A stretch of DNA of 64,000 nt, from the NCBI RefSeq assembly GCF_039654945.1, contig NW_027361707.1, forward strand, positions 43,958,001 through 44,022,000, read 5' to 3'. This stretch comes from Dendrobates tinctorius (lineage: Eukaryota). The notes below the pieces were generated by a model. The model ran no database searches. It was not told the DNA's origin and saw only the letters and a list, made by a program, of their open reading frames with translations. Made by a program: the position numbers and the translations under genes. This document shows positions 44,901-59,118 of the stretch, piece after piece. Position 1 is the first letter of the stretch. Every line of letters starts with the position of its first letter.

Positions 44901-45399
44901 GCAAATCCTGATGTAAATTACTGACCAAATACTGAATGTGTGAACGTGGCCTTCCTCTTCATTTTTTGTGTCCCAATGTATGACCAAAACTCACTATTTT
45001 TCTTGTGAACGGCAGAGGTGCAGAACATTGCTAACAGAAGAAAAGATCTGAGAAGCCCTTGCCAGCTACATCTATACACAGACTAATCTTAAAGTGTGAC
45101 TTAAAGGCTATTGATAGTTTTGATATGGAAAAGAACGATCTTTATATGTTAGTGGTTACCTTTAGGTAATAATATTGCACTATGTTTCAGTCTGCAATCT
45201 TCATTACTTTTATTTTCAGACTCCCTGATATGCAGTTTGCAGCCTGATCCAAGTTTCTGATGCGTGTGGGATTGTTCCTCCCAGTAATATAGGCTGGATG
45301 TGAGCTCTGTGTGTATCCAATGGGCTGTTGTCTTCAATCATATGTCAGCATCATATCTCATCTGTCATACAGATGACAGTGTGTGAGCTAGCACCTATG

Positions 45400-48179
45400 A
45401 CTGGCAGTAAAAAGGTTACCACCAGTCATAGACGTCAGCTGATCAGGGTAGTACTCTCATCATCGTACACCCGGGCTCACTGATAGCAGCGTGGGTTCAC
45501 GATTTTTGCTAACTAGTGGAGGCAAAACCGACAGCTGCAGGCTGCAGCCCTCAGCTGTCAGCATTATCTTGACTGGTTATCAAAAATAGAGGGATCCCTA
45601 CACTTTAAATCATTTAAAAAACGGTGTGGTGCCTTCACCTCCCCCCCACCTTATTTTTGACAACCAGTCAAGCTACAGCAGACATCTGGTCCCTGGTATT
45701 CTCAGACTGAAAACAGCCAAGGATATTGGCCCTCTCCAGCTTAAAAATAGCAGCCACAGTCACCCTAGAAAAGTAGCAACTATTAGATGCACCGATTCTG
45801 GCACTTAGCCTGGCTCTTCCCACTTGCCCTGGTGCGCTGGCAAGTGGGGTAATATTTGTGGGGTTAATGTTCGCATTTTAATGTCAGCTGACACCAAGCC
45901 CACAGATTAGTTTTGGAAAGGCATCTATAAGACACCCCCATTACTAACCCCATAATCAGATTGTAATAAAGAAGACACAACCAGAGTAAAGTCCTTTATT
46001 TAAAATAAAACTACCCACCCTTTTACCTATTTATTTTTAAAAATAAAAAAAAGTGACTCCGGTGACCTCAAAGACGTCAGCATCGGCAGCGTGAGAACTT
46101 TCTGACGAGTGTTGACGTCAGTGAAGTCGCTGGAGATTGTCATCTATGAACTCCGCTGATCTTTTTGATGTCATCTCTTGGCACTTCAGCTGAGTTCTCA
46201 GGTTCAGCTAAGTGTTCTCTTGGATTCACGTCATACCACTGCTCAGCTATGAAATCCAGATGTAGCAGAGTTGGAGCGCATTGTGTGACATATGAATTAT
46301 CTTCAGAGAGGTGAGGAATATGGTGTTTTTATATTTTAAATTTTTGTAAATAAATGGATGAAAGAGGGTGGAGTTTTATTTCAAATAAAGGACTTTATTC
46401 TGGCTATATCTTTACTAACTCCATAGTTAGATTGTAATAATGGGGGCGTCTTATAGACACCTCCCCATTATTAACCCTTGGGCTTGAAGTCAGCAGCTAT
46501 AAAACAGCTGAACTCAACCCCAAAGTGTGGAGGATAAGCGCCAGAATTGGCGTGTCATGGATGTGCCATTTCTGGGGCGATTAAGAGCTGATGTTCTTTG
46601 TCTGGGAGGGGCTTTCCTAGGCTATTAATATCAAGCCACAACTCTCTGTTTAGCCTTTGCTGGTTATTTCATATGGGGGGGACTGCACATAATTTTTTTG
46701 GGGTGGGGTGTCTCTCCTATAATAACCAGTAAAGCCTATGCAAACAGCAGTGAGCTGATATTAATAGCCGGCATACCTTTATGGATATATGCCCGTTCCC
46801 AGAATATTAACATCAGCAATTGGCTTTCCCTCAGCTGGTTATGAAAACTACAGGGGACCCCATGCCATTTTCTGCAATTTTTTTTTTTAGTTATTAAAAA
46901 GTACAGTAAGGTCAACTGAGTTCATAGCAGCTGTTTCACTTGCTTGCAAGTGGCTGTGCTGGACTGATAAATAACCGGCAATCATCTGTCCGACACTCAA
47001 GCTACCTTTAAGGTTACCTGAGTTCACAGCTTTGGGTCTGTCAGCAGCTGCGAGGCCCGGTAACCTCATGGGAAACGAGTTTCCAGCTGCTGCAACAGCT
47101 GGAGGCTGTGAACTAACGTTACATTGGGTGTGTGTTTTACTGTACTTGTTAATAAATAAAAAAATAAATGAAAAAAACAGAGTGGGGTCCCCCATAATTT
47201 TCATAACCTGCATAGGGAAAGACAATGGCTGAGGGCTGATGGTAATATTCTAGGAACGGGCCAAAAGACCTAAAGGTTCCCAGGCTATTAATATCAACTC
47301 AAAGCTGTTTTCTTAGGCTTTACTAGTTATTATAAGGGAGAGCCACCCCCAAAAATTGTGGGATTTCACCTATCCTCACAAGATATCTACTCCCCTCTTA
47401 TCTCCTCTTCCCACAATCACATACAAGATTTCTCCAGCGCATCCCACCCTACTCTGGAACTCTCTACCACAACATATCAGACTCTTGCCTACCATCAAAA
47501 CCTTCAAAAAGAACCTGAAGACCTACCTCTTCCGACAAGCCTACAATGTGCAGTAACCACCAATCGACCAAGCCACTGCACGACCAGCTCTACCCTAACC
47601 TACTGTATCCTCACCCATCCCTTTTAGATTGTGAGCCCTCACAGGCAGGATCCTCTCCTGTACCAGTCGTGACATGTACTGTTTAAGAATACTGTACTTT
47701 ATTTTTATTATGTATACGCCTCCTCACATGTAAAGCGCTATGGAATAAATGGCGCTATAATAATAAAAAGATATATTCAATGACCAGCAAAGGCTAAACA
47801 GACAGCTATGGTCTGATATTAATAGCCTAGAAAGGGGCCATGGATATTGGTCTCCTCCCAGACTAATAACATCAGCTCTCACCTGACCCAGATATGGCAC
47901 ATCCATAAGATGTGCCAATTCTGGCACTAAGATTCATTGCTCCCATTTTCCCTGGGGTGGCAAGTGGGATAATATTTGTGTGGTTGATGCCAGCTGTGTA
48001 ATGTCAGCTGACATCAAGCCCACAGGTTAATAATGAAGAGGCTTCTATAAGACACCCCCATTACTAACCCAATAGTCATTTTATAATAAAGAAGACATAG
48101 CCTGAATAAAGTCCTTTATTTTAAATAAAACTACTCACACTATTTTACCCATTTTTTTTTCAAAAATTAAAACTACAAA
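45400..48179. mobile_element. large non-autonomous DNA-transposon-like repeat with internal direct and inverted modules
   Basis: module ctataagacacccccattactaaccc...aaagtcctttatt at 45925 and 48045, inverted at 46385-46465; shared with 54538-55792; boundaries approximate. Confidence 0.5.
47370..47765 (+). mobile_element. L2 LINE 3' fragment (second family)
   Basis: LWNSLP...FKKNLKTYLFRQAY remnant; 3' UTR ending ggcgcta(taa)n. Confidence 0.8.
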
Positions 48180-50322
48180 AACAACATATTTCTCCAATAA
48201 CCCTAAACGTCTCTTTGACACTTTTCATTCTCTACTCAACCCAAGAGTGCAGGCCCCTACCACGGAGCTTCGAGCTGACGATCTGGCCAATTACTCCAAA
48301 GAAAAAATTGACCAGATCCGACAGGAAATTATCTCCCAATCACCTCATACCATGCACTGTCCTCCCTCCCCCACTGCATCTAGCTCACTCTCTGACTTTG
48401 AACCAGTCACAGAAGAAGTAAGCAGGCTCCTTGCATCTTCTCGCCCAACCACTTGCACTAGTGACCCATTTCCGACACATCTACTCCAGACCCTTTGCCC
48501 TGCTGTCACCCCTCACCTAACTAAAATATTTAACCTCTCTCTCTCTTCTGGTATCTTTCCCTCCTCATTTAAGCATGCCATCATACATCCACTACTTAAA
48601 AAAACATCCCTCGACCAAAACTGTGCTGCTAACTATAGACCTATTTCTAATCTTCCCTTCATCTCTAAACTCCTGTAACGCCTGGTCCACTCCCATCTTA
48701 TCCGCTATCTCTCAGAAAACTCTCTTCTCGACCCTCTCCAATCCGGTTTCCGCTCTTTACATTCTACTGAAACTGCCCTCACTAAAGTCTCTAATGATCT
48801 ACTAACAGCTAAATCAAATGGTCATTACTCCATGCTAATTCTCTTGGATCTCTCTGCAGCATTCGACACTGTGGATCATCAGCTCCTCCTCACTATGCTC
48901 CGTTCCATTGGCCTCAAGGACACCGTTCTCTCCTGGTTCTCCTCCTATCTCTCTGACCGCATCTTTACTGTATCTTTTGCTGGCTCCTCCTCCTCTCACC
49001 TTCCCCTTACTGTTGGGGTTCCTCAAGGATCGGTCCTAGGCCCCCTCCTCTTCTCTTTGTATACTGCCCCTATTGGTCAAACAATCAGTAGATTTGGTTT
49101 CCAGTACCATCTCTATGCTGACGACATCCAATTATACGCTTCTTCTCCTGACATCACGCCAGCCTTTCTAGAAAACACCGGCAATTGTCTAAACGCTGTG
49201 TCTAACATCATGTCCTCACTATATCTGAAACTGAACCTGACAAAGACTGAACTCCTTGTGTTTCCTCCCGCTACTAATGTACCTATACCCGACATTGCCA
49301 TTTTCATGTGTGGTTCTACTATTGCTCCCCAGCAACATGCCCGCTGTCTTGGGGTCATACTTGATTCTGAGCTTTCCTTTGACCCCCACATCCGATCACT
49401 GGCTCGCTCTTGTTATCTGCACCTCAAAAACATTTCAAGAATTCGACCTTTTCTTACTTTTGACTCTGCAAAAACTCTTACTGTTTCTCTTATTCATTCT
49501 CGTCTCGACTATTGTAACTCCCTTCTAATCGGTCTCCCTCTTACCAAACTCTCCCCTCTCCAATCTGTCTTGAATGCAGCTGCCAGGATCATATTCCTCG
49601 CCAATCGTTACACCAATGCCTCTACCTTGTGCCAGTCATTACACTGGCTACCCATCCACTCCAGAATCCAGTACAAACTTATTACCCTCACCCACAAAGC
49701 CCTCCATGGCTCAGCACCACCCTACATCTCCTCCCTTGTTTCAGTATACCATCCTACCCGCGCCCTCTGTTCTGCTGATGACCTGAGGTTAGCATCCTCA
49801 ATAATCAGAACCTCCCACTCCCGTCTTCAAGACTATACACGTGCTGCGCCAATTCTTTGGAATGCACTTTGCAGGTCAATACGATTAGTCCCCAATCTCC
49901 ACAATTTTAAGTGTGCCCTGAAAACACATTTATTCAGACTGGCCTATCGCCTCAACATATTAACCTAATCTATCCCTGTGTGGCACAGCCAAAAGTTTTT
50001 TACCATAACCAGGTTCCCCGCATCATGTTCCCACATGCGTTATGCATCCATTAGCCCTCTGCATCCGTACTGTTAGACACTTAACATTATGGCTGGTCCA
50101 TACAATCAGGGCAACTGTTACCACCCACCTTTCGTGTCTCCCCTTTTTTCCTCATAGATTGTAAGCTTGCGAGCAGGGCCCTCATTCCTCTTGGTATCTG
50201 TTATGATCTATGTGATTATTGTTATGCTGTAATGTATATTGTCTGTACAAGTCCCCTCTGAAATGTAAAGTGCTGCGGAATATGTCAGCGCTATAGAAAT
50301 AAAATGTATTATTATTATTATT
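48180..50322 (+). mobile_element. 5'-truncated L2 LINE with a nearly intact RT ORF
   Basis: [41 protein letters not shown]; one in-frame TAA at 48676; (ATT)n tail. Confidence 0.95.
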
Positions 50323-51179
50323 CTCACCTGTCCAATGATAAAATAATCCATACGCTCCAACGTTGCTACATCTCGATTTCATAGTAGACCAGTGGCACGA
50401 TGCTAATGCTCAGCTGTGAATCCATTAGACTCTGAACTGAGCCTGAGAACTCAGCTGCAGCATTGAGCGGAGTTCATAATTGAGAAACTTCGGTGACCTC
50501 ACTAATGTCAGCGCTAGTAATACACCCCACACCTGCCAGAACATTGGGACTTGGGACACGATTTTCCTGTAGGGTGCCAGGTCATAAGGGAGCAACACCT
50601 CATACACAGCTACCATCCTCCAGCATCTTACAATAATACTCTCATCGCTGGTGGAGCAACGGTGAGTGGTCTTCTCAGAAGGTGAAGTTATGTCCGCGGA
50701 AGCCACGCATATGGGAATACTTCTTGCTCTCTCTCCTCACTAAACAGTGAAATCCAATGATAACTTGCAAGATATCACTCCTTATTTAGCAGAGAGAACA
50801 GGAAATGCTCTCATTCGTGCGACTGAGGACCGCTCACCGTTGTTCCACCAATGATGAGTATCTTATCACAAGTGTCCCTGCCTGGCAGCAACTTCTCAGT
50901 CTATGCCTGTCACACTGGTCTTTTCCTTGATCGCTGCACAGACCAATGTCACAATGTTACAGTGAAGCTCCAGACAAGCAATGAAAAATCTTCTAATAAA
51001 GCAGCACTATGTCCCCAGGAGCAGTGCGCTTCCGGTGTCTCTACTTGCCGCATGCACATTAAAGAGATGCATGGTACAGAGAGTTCATTGAGAAGCAGTA
51101 TGAACCACAAGATGGCAGCGTGACTGATAAAGAGGTACAAAAAACAGGACATTATCTATATGAAATAAGCAAGCGCATA

Positions 51180-52505
51180 CATTCATGGCCAAAAGTATTG
51201 GCACGCTTAAAGTTGTTCCAGAAAGTGAAGTATTTTTCCCAGAAAATTATTGCACTTACACATGTTTTGTTATACGCAAGTTTATTTTCTTTTGTGTGTA
51301 TTAGAACAACAGTAAAAAAAGGAAAAATTGGCAAATGGGATATCCTTTAATACAAAACCCCAAAAATTCCACCAGACAATATTGTTGGCCCCCTTAACTA
51401 AATATTTAGTTGCACACCCTTTGGAATAAATAATTGTTGTCGAAAAGGATTTCAGAGGCACTTCCCTCTTATGGAAGAAATCCCAAAGGTCGTCAATTCT
51501 GGAACAAACCTCCTGGTGGTGTTCTGGAGTAACAATGGTATACTGGTGTGCTTAAAATTAGATTTATTCTAAAAGTAATTTTTATGTGCTAGTAACAATA
51601 ATAGCATGAACAACTTTAAAAACACAACGTGTTTCTGCTCTAAACAAGCCTTCCTCAGATCTATAGAACAATGTTGCATGTGGGGAGTTATATATACATC
51701 CCCATCAAATGTGGGTGTGGTTTCGACCTTGAAAACTCTAGTCTTTCCTGTTTTGTTAAAAACAGATTCTAGTTACAGCAATCCAAGAGAAATGTCAAAT
51801 TGATATCTATTTCAAGATACGCATTCAATTGCAGATCTCTATAGAATTCTGCAATGGGATTTAGATCTGGACTCATTGCTGGCCACTTCAGAACTTTCCA
51901 GCTTTGTTTCTGGGTGCTCCTTGAAACATGTTTGGGGTAGGACGCAAACTTGTAGTGCCCTAGGACGCAAACTTAGCTTTGCGATACTGGGCACTACATT
52001 GCGACCCAAAATCCTTTGGTAATCTTCATATTTCTTGATGTATTGCACACAGTCGAAGCACCCAGTGCCAGAGGCAGCAAAACAACCACAAAACATCTTT
52101 GAACTTCAACCATATTTCACTGTAGGTACTGTTCTTTTCTTTGTAGGCCTCATTCCATCTAAAGAGATGCCTAGCACACTGATGAAGGTCTTGACAGACC
52201 AAAACATTTGTGATGTGACTACTGTATGTATTGCACATTAAAATTCTTCACTGCATTTAAGAGAGTGTGCCCAGTCTTCTTCTATATCATGAAACAAATT
52301 TGTTTACCTAGCAATTTTGCCTGTCCATTTTTGGGGTTTTGTTTGAAATTATGTCCAATTTGACTATTTTTCTTTGTTTTATTTGTGTTGTTTCAATACC
52401 CACAAAGGAAATAAAGGTGAATAGCAAAAACGTGTAATTGCAATAATTTTCTGGGACAAACACTTCCTTTTCTTTAACAAATTCGAGGGTATCAACACTT
52501 GACTG
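51180..52505 (-). mobile_element. Tc1 transposon, deleted, with a PLE-like insertion (about 51440-51825)
   Basis: TIR-like ends; MFCGCFAASG and EDYQRIL motifs; the insert carries a hammerhead remnant at 51626-51658. Confidence 0.8.
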
Positions 52506-53622
52506 TACATATAATTATATTTTTCATTGTTGAATAAAAGTAGATTTTTGGTGATAGGTCCTCCTTTAAAGGATTGCATGAAACTATTTTTATCCTAAAT
52601 TTTTGTCTAATGTCTTATCACTTTTTTAATATACGCCCAAAAAAATCGCTATCGTTCACTCTCTACGATATTGAACAACTTTTTTTTTTATTTATTTCTT
52701 TACCTTCTTCCCCTTTGATGACACTTGGTTTGAAAATCCACAAGTTGTCATCATGAGCTGTTCTATTAAACATGTGTTGGTTGTAAATTTCAACGCATGC
52801 TCAATAGCTTCTTGTGTCTGTGCAAAATTCTATTTAATGCAAAGTGACAGTGCGCTCCTTTGCCGGCTCTGATAAGTGACAAGCCAGCAAGAGAGCGCAC
52901 TGTCAGTGTTCATTGTAAGGAGAAAACCTAGCAAGCAAAGACACGCACCATCCCTGCAAGTTACACCCTTGCACTTATATTTTTCTTCATGTGCTTTTCT
53001 TCTTTTCTGTAGCCTGTTTTATCTGCCTTCCTTCTTTTACCCATCTCTATTCTGTGGAGATCTGCTTAAAAATCCCATCTTGCTCAAACATAAGAGAAGG
53101 GAATAGAGACTTCAGGAGCTTTGACAATCTGTAGCCGTTCGCCCAGATAGATGAATGACTTACAAATGTTCTGCAGCAGCAAAATGTTTGAAAAAGTTTC
53201 ATGAAGATTTTAGAAGATTGCTTAAAAGGAACCTGTCACCAGAAAAATGCTATTAATCTGCAGATATGGGGATAATTTGCAGGTTAATAGCATTATTAAC
53301 CTGCCCGCTGCCTCCACTTAGCCGAATGCTGCGGAGAGATAAAACAAACTTTATTCCCTCTGTGAGCATTCGGGTTCAATCACTGGTCTGAGTATTGAGA
53401 GAAGCGGCTGTTATTGCACCACCAGCCCTGACTGACAGACGACCCCACTGCAGAGCCAGTGACAGTCAATGCTCGGGGCGCACAAGATACCAGCTTAAAA
53501 GAAACATGATTTTTACAATACTCCATCACAAGATGTCTGTTTCACCACCCTGTGGTTGTAATGTGTATTGCAGCTGTTGAGGGTATTGCATTGAATTTGA
53601 ATAATTACAAATTGGAGTACTT

Positions 53623-54490
53623 AAAAGGATTATCCTGGATTATTTTATTTGTCTCTCAAAGGGCCTGTCACACTAAGCGATATCGCTAGCAATATCGCTA
53701 TAAAGTCACCGATTTTTGTTGATGTTATAGCGATATTGCTAGCGATATCGCTATGTCTGATACTTACCTCCGACCGGCACCCCCGCTGATTATCGCTGAT
53801 CGCGTGAGAACGCCCTGGGCCGTTTCTCGTCGTCAGCTTCCTGCTGGGCTTCCTGCTGTGGAGACGAGCGACGTGTGGACGCGGGCGGGAGGACGTCAGG
53901 ATCGCCTCGTCTGACAGGTAAGTAACGACCCCCGACCCCTGCTATGTCGCTGGTGAGATCTGCCTGTGTGGCAGCTCACTAGCGACCACTTAGCGATGCA
54001 CCAGCAATCCTGACCGCGTCATATCGCTGGTCGGGATCACTGGTGCATCGCTAAGTGTGACAGTACCTTAAGTGCTAAGAATTTACAGTTACAAGTACCT
54101 GCCTTTTGTGCCCAGCGCCGATCTCTGCTGGTTTAGAGTCGTTACAGACCCCTCATGCCGGCGATTATGCAGTTTCTGGTGACATCATGTCGACAGAGCA
54201 ACTGCTTCTTTTCCACTCTGCTCTGTTGACTGGGTGTCATGCTGATTGACAGCTGCCCTACCCACCCCCTCTGGAAAACTGTGGGGATACAGCTATCAGC
54301 ATGACATTGGCAGACAGAGCAGCCCAGAAGAAGAGCCACTCTGTTGACATGATGCAGCAGAATCACCGGCAGAAGAGGTCAGTGATCGCTCTGAGCTGGC
54401 GTTGAGTATAAAAGGCAAATATTTAGCATCTACCTGCCTGTTAGTTCTTAGACCCAGAGGGAAAAATAAAATAATTTTGGATAACCCCTT
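53623..54490. mobile_element. T2/Kolobok-like MITE with a nested Harbinger MITE (53660-54069)
   Basis: aaaaggattatcc / ggataacccctt ends; related copy at 56060-56345. Confidence 0.55.
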
Positions 54491-54537
54491 TACCTAGTAA
54501 AACACTAAATGTGGACCAATCTGTATTTACCCATCAC

Positions 54538-55792
54538 TAGGGATGGGCGGACTCGTGGATGATAGGGTCCATTGGGTTCAGCTGAACCTTATAAAAAGTT
54601 TGATTCAGGTACCAGAACGGTACCCGAACTTGATCCCAAACCCAGACCCATTCAAATGAATGGAAGTCTCTAACATCCAGCAGTTCCCATGCTGTCATCT
54701 GTGTGACCTTACTGATGTTACCACCAATCACAGCACTGATAACCGCGAGAGCGAGCGGCGCTATTGAGAATGAGAGTATTCACCAGCCGGCGCTTGTGGA
54801 CAGTCATAAAGATGTCAGCGTGATATGTTATTAGTGTAGTGCGTGTGTAGCTTATTGTACTTGTATTTATTGAATAAATAAATAACTTAAAAAATGATGT
54901 GAGGTCCCCCTTATTTTTACTAACCAGCTGAGGGAAAAGCAGACAGCTGGGGGCTGGTGTTATTCTGGGAAGGGGCAAATATCCATGAAGCTTCCCAGGC
55001 TATTTATAGCCTTTAATGGTTATTAACAAGGGGGACCCTCTTTTTAAGGCTAAACAGACAGCTGTGGGCTGATCTTAATAGGCTGAGAAGAGTCCATGGA
55101 TATTGGCCCCCTCACAGACTAATAACATTAGCCCTCAGCCACCCCAGAAATGGCACATCCATTAAATGCGTCAATTCTGTCTCTTGGCCTCAGCTCTTCC
55201 CGAGTGCGTTGGAAAGGGGGGTAATGGTTTTGGGGCTGGTGTCAGCTGTTTTATGTCTGCTGACATCAAGCCCTGGGGATAGTAATGGAGAGGCATCTAT
55301 CAGACATCCCCATTACTAACTCCCGAGTCAAAAGTAAGAAAAACAAAAACACAAAAAGTCCATTAATTGACCAAAACACTCTCTGACAAATCCCCTCTTT
55401 ATCCAATTTATTAACATAACAGAAATTATAAAGCTGACATCAACCTCAAAATATTACCCCACCTGCCAATGCACCAGGGCAAGTAGGAAGAGCTGGGCAA
55501 AGTGCCAGAATTGGTGCATCTAATAGTTGCGTCTTTTCTGGGGCAGCTGTGGGTTGCTATTTTTAGGCTGGGGAGGGCCAATATCCATGGCCCCTTTTCA
55601 GTCTGAAAATTCCAGCTCCCAACAGTCTGCTGTAGCTTGGCTGGTTGTTAAAAATAAGGAGGCGATCTAATGCAGCTTTTTTTAAATTATTTAAAATAAT
55701 TAATTTACCTGCGCTTGTTATCAAAAATAGAGGAGACTCCATGTTGTTTTATTTTATTTATTTTTTTTACTGTTTGGGTTCACCCATCTCTA
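54538..55792. mobile_element. hAT-like non-autonomous element
   Basis: tagggatgggcggac / gttcacccatctcta termini; internal modules shared with 45400-48179. Confidence 0.55.
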
Positions 55793-57653
55793 CCCTTCAC
55801 ATGTTTTCTGGGCCAATAGTGGGTTGTAAATTTAAGGGGAGTACAAAAGGAAGATACTCACAGACTACTTTTTTTCCCACTTACAGCCTAAAAACCTACA
55901 TTGAAATGGTACTTGTGAACGCACTCTGATACCTAATCTCTTCTAAAAGGTAAACTAGTGAGTCATTAACTGTGCCTATTTTGTAAAAAGGGAAACTTAC
56001 TGTGCTGGATGAATAAATTAGGGCAATTCTTTTATTTCATTTTCACAATGACTTGGATGAGGGTTATGTTCTTAGGCAGATATATTGGCTTTATTGTTTT
56101 TACTTCCTGCTGCAGTTATGCAGTCAGGAGCGGCTGCTATTCAGCATGATATCGGCAGTGACGCCCCATCAACCGAGCAGAGCAAAGACAAGCAGATGAT
56201 TTGTTAATGTGACAGCATCGGAAACTGCAGGAGTGGTCTGTCACTGCTCTGGGCTGGTAGAGATCGGCGCTGGGCACAACAAGCAGGCAGTTAGCAACTA
56301 CCTGCAAGTTCTTAGGCCCATAAGAAAAAAATAAAATAGACCCTGATATCTCCTATGAGCAGTAATTAAGCCAAAACCAGGAGCTGAGCCTACAAAGAGA
56401 CATTGGGGGCCATCTGTTGTATTTTAGACCCACTCCTGGTTTTGGCTTAAAATCACTGATACAAAATGTTGTCTAGAATACTGCCATGTAAACCCGTACA
56501 TAACTAGTCCTGTAATCAGTGTGCTTTGAGCTACATTTAAAGGGTTATTCCCAAGTTTAATTTATCACCCATTGAATGGAACCAAGTTGAGCATGTCAAC
56601 CTCAACCCAATTCATATGAGATTAATGGAAATTGCCATGCAATGATCAATGGATAGGGGACAACTTACTATCTTGGGAATAGCCTTTGAGGCCAATTTAA
56701 ACTGGCCATTTTCTGTTTTATGGTCCAGCAAAACCATATGCGGACAGAACAATTATTACTACGATGTGGTGTATGTTGTCGGCAGCATATCCCGTTTACA
56801 TGGGCTGATGAGCTGCCGATAATGATATGACCGATCTAATCAGATGATCTAATCAGATGTTTTGCTTGTTTACACCAGATCATGATTAGTGACAAGCGTT
56901 ATGTTTAACTGTCCTTTTATCTTCATAGAATATTTGACTGATGCTCTTCAATTTGCCATCATTCGTACATCTCCTATAGTATTTTATTATGGCTGTTTTC
57001 ACCGCAGACCCGCTCGTCCAATAGCTTTATGATACTTTCTATGCACTTGGAATCCTCTGAAGCTGTAATAACTCTGCTCAGCTTTCAGGGCTTTATGTAT
57101 CGCTGAGATAATGCTCCAGATTCCCTAAGATCTATTAAATGTTTTTCATTCCTCCGCTGCCATCTTACCGTCAACTTTAACATTTCAAAGAAAATTCACA
57201 CTGGGCTAATAAGAAGAGCGACAGGAGTTATGGGGATAATGTTCCAAAGAATGGGACACTGGCGACAGTAACAAGGATGTTAATAATCAGCAGAAAAATA
57301 GGATTCTGTATTACAGGACTAGTAACACTGAATGCTCAACTTTTCTACAAATCATTCATCTACTTCATTTCTCTCAGGAGACGTATCCACTTTAACCTGT
57401 GATATCTTGTGATACACCAGTCCAGTTAGATCATCATGTTTGTTGTAGTATTCAATTCCTGACAAAAGAGGCTGGCCCTGATCATGGATTTCTCTTGGAT
57501 GGGTGAGCCGTTTCCACTGGAGCTTCACCTTGTATCTTTCCGCTCTGGCTAATAGAGCCTTTATTTTGTACTAGCCCACAACAAGTAAATGGAAAGAGGT
57601 TATCTTTATGAAAAATATACCTTAAAGCAACTCTTGTTTATTTGTCCTATTAG

Positions 57654-58187
57654 ATCATAGAATCAAGAATGTCTGAGTCGGAAGGGACCTCCAGGGTCAT
57701 CGTGTCCAACCTCCTGCTCAATGCAGGATTCACTAAACCATCGCAGACAGATATCTGTCCAGCCTCTGTTTGAAGACTTTCATTAAACAGAAAGTCACCA
57801 CCGCTCTTGGCAGCCTGTTCCACTCATTGTTCACCCCCACTCTCAATAAGTTTTTTCCAATATCTGATCTGTATCTTTTCCCTTTCAGTTTCATTCCATT
57901 GCTTCTTGTGTTTCCATGTGTAAATGAGAATAATGATCCTCTACACTGTGACATCCCTTCAGATATCTGTAGACAGTTAAGTCTCCTCTTAGCCTTCTTT
58001 TTTGCAAGCTAAACATTCCCAGATACTTTGATCGTTCCTCGTAGGACATATTTTGAAGTCAGCTCACCATGCTGGTAGCTCTCCTCTGAACTTGCATCTT
58101 GCCCAGATGTAGAATCTTGCATTTCTCTCTGTTAAATATCATTATATAGTCACTGCCCATTGTTCAAGCTTATCTTGATCCTGAATC
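57654..58187 (-). mobile_element. CR1 LINE 3' part
   Basis: TRSNGMKL...RVGVNNEWNRLP...FKQRLD; tail of attct/ctatga repeats; minus strand begins IQ.QDKLEQWA. Confidence 0.88.
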
Positions 58188-59075
58188 AGAAATTGAAAAG
58201 GATTCACCGCGCTGAGAGGAAAAAAAAAAAATGATTACACGGATACTCACTTAATGGTGTGAGAAGGAACCCAAGGTCGGAGGTGATTCTTGATGTCAGG
58301 GATGCTTCACTCTGTTTGGTGATCCGTATATAGGAAAAACTGCTGGATAAAGTAGTAAGAATTTTTAGGATTGAACTGACCAATAGAAAAGGTAGCAAGC
58401 TGCTACCTGGACAGATGGTACTCACTTGAGTATGTCCAGGTCCAATGGTGAATGATACCAATGTCAGATTTAGGTGATTTTAGATCCAGAATAATCTGAT
58501 TCTTAACTGGGGATATAGCAGTGACAGTAAGAAGTAACAATGACAAGTTTGGCCTGAGGTAGAGATAATACTTAGGTAACTGGAAGCTGCACTTACTGTG
58601 CAATGGTATAAATTGCAGTATTAAATGATTGATTCCTTAGGAGCGCTGCTGGAAGTGAAGCGCTGAATTAAGGTTATAGATGGGTAGCGGAGTAGCAGTC
58701 TGTGTCCGCTGATGGAACGAGGTGCTGGGCTAGGTGAACCTGCTAGTGATCGTTAGTTGATCCAGATGGAGGGAGGTTGGAGCTCAGGCCCTGTATGGTA
58801 GATGTGAGTGAATGACAGGCTAGGCCAGCTGCGGAAACGAAGTGCTGGGTTGGTGCACTTACTTGGGGTGGCTGGTGCTCGGTGAGGTAGGCTGGGTGAT
58901 GGTGCTCGGCTGGAATGCTGATCCTGCAGCTGCTGCGGCTGCAACTGCACGTGGAAGACGCCGGCACCTTGCGCGCTCCGGCCGGAAGCTACGCAGAGGG
59001 GCACGGCGAGTGGTGGGGGCGGAGCTTGTGTGACGTCACACTGGAAGCAAGGACGGGGGCGCAGAAGAGGCACAA

Positions 59076-59118
59076 AACCAACGCGTTTCAAGGGAATACT
59101 TTCCTCTTCATCAGGGTT
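59076..59118 (-). ncRNA. type I hammerhead ribozyme
   Basis: aacc CTGATGA a gaggaa agta ttccctt GAAA cgc GTT ggtt. Confidence 0.8.

Noticed and set aside
50645-50852. ~30 bp inverted repeat, possible pre-miRNA
   Set aside because: Arms are about 140 nt apart; more consistent with an old MITE.
57352-57570. 72-codon stop-free frame on the minus strand after an AG (YKIKALLARAERYKVKLQW...)
   Set aside because: No recognisable homology and no partner exons; this length is attainable by chance.
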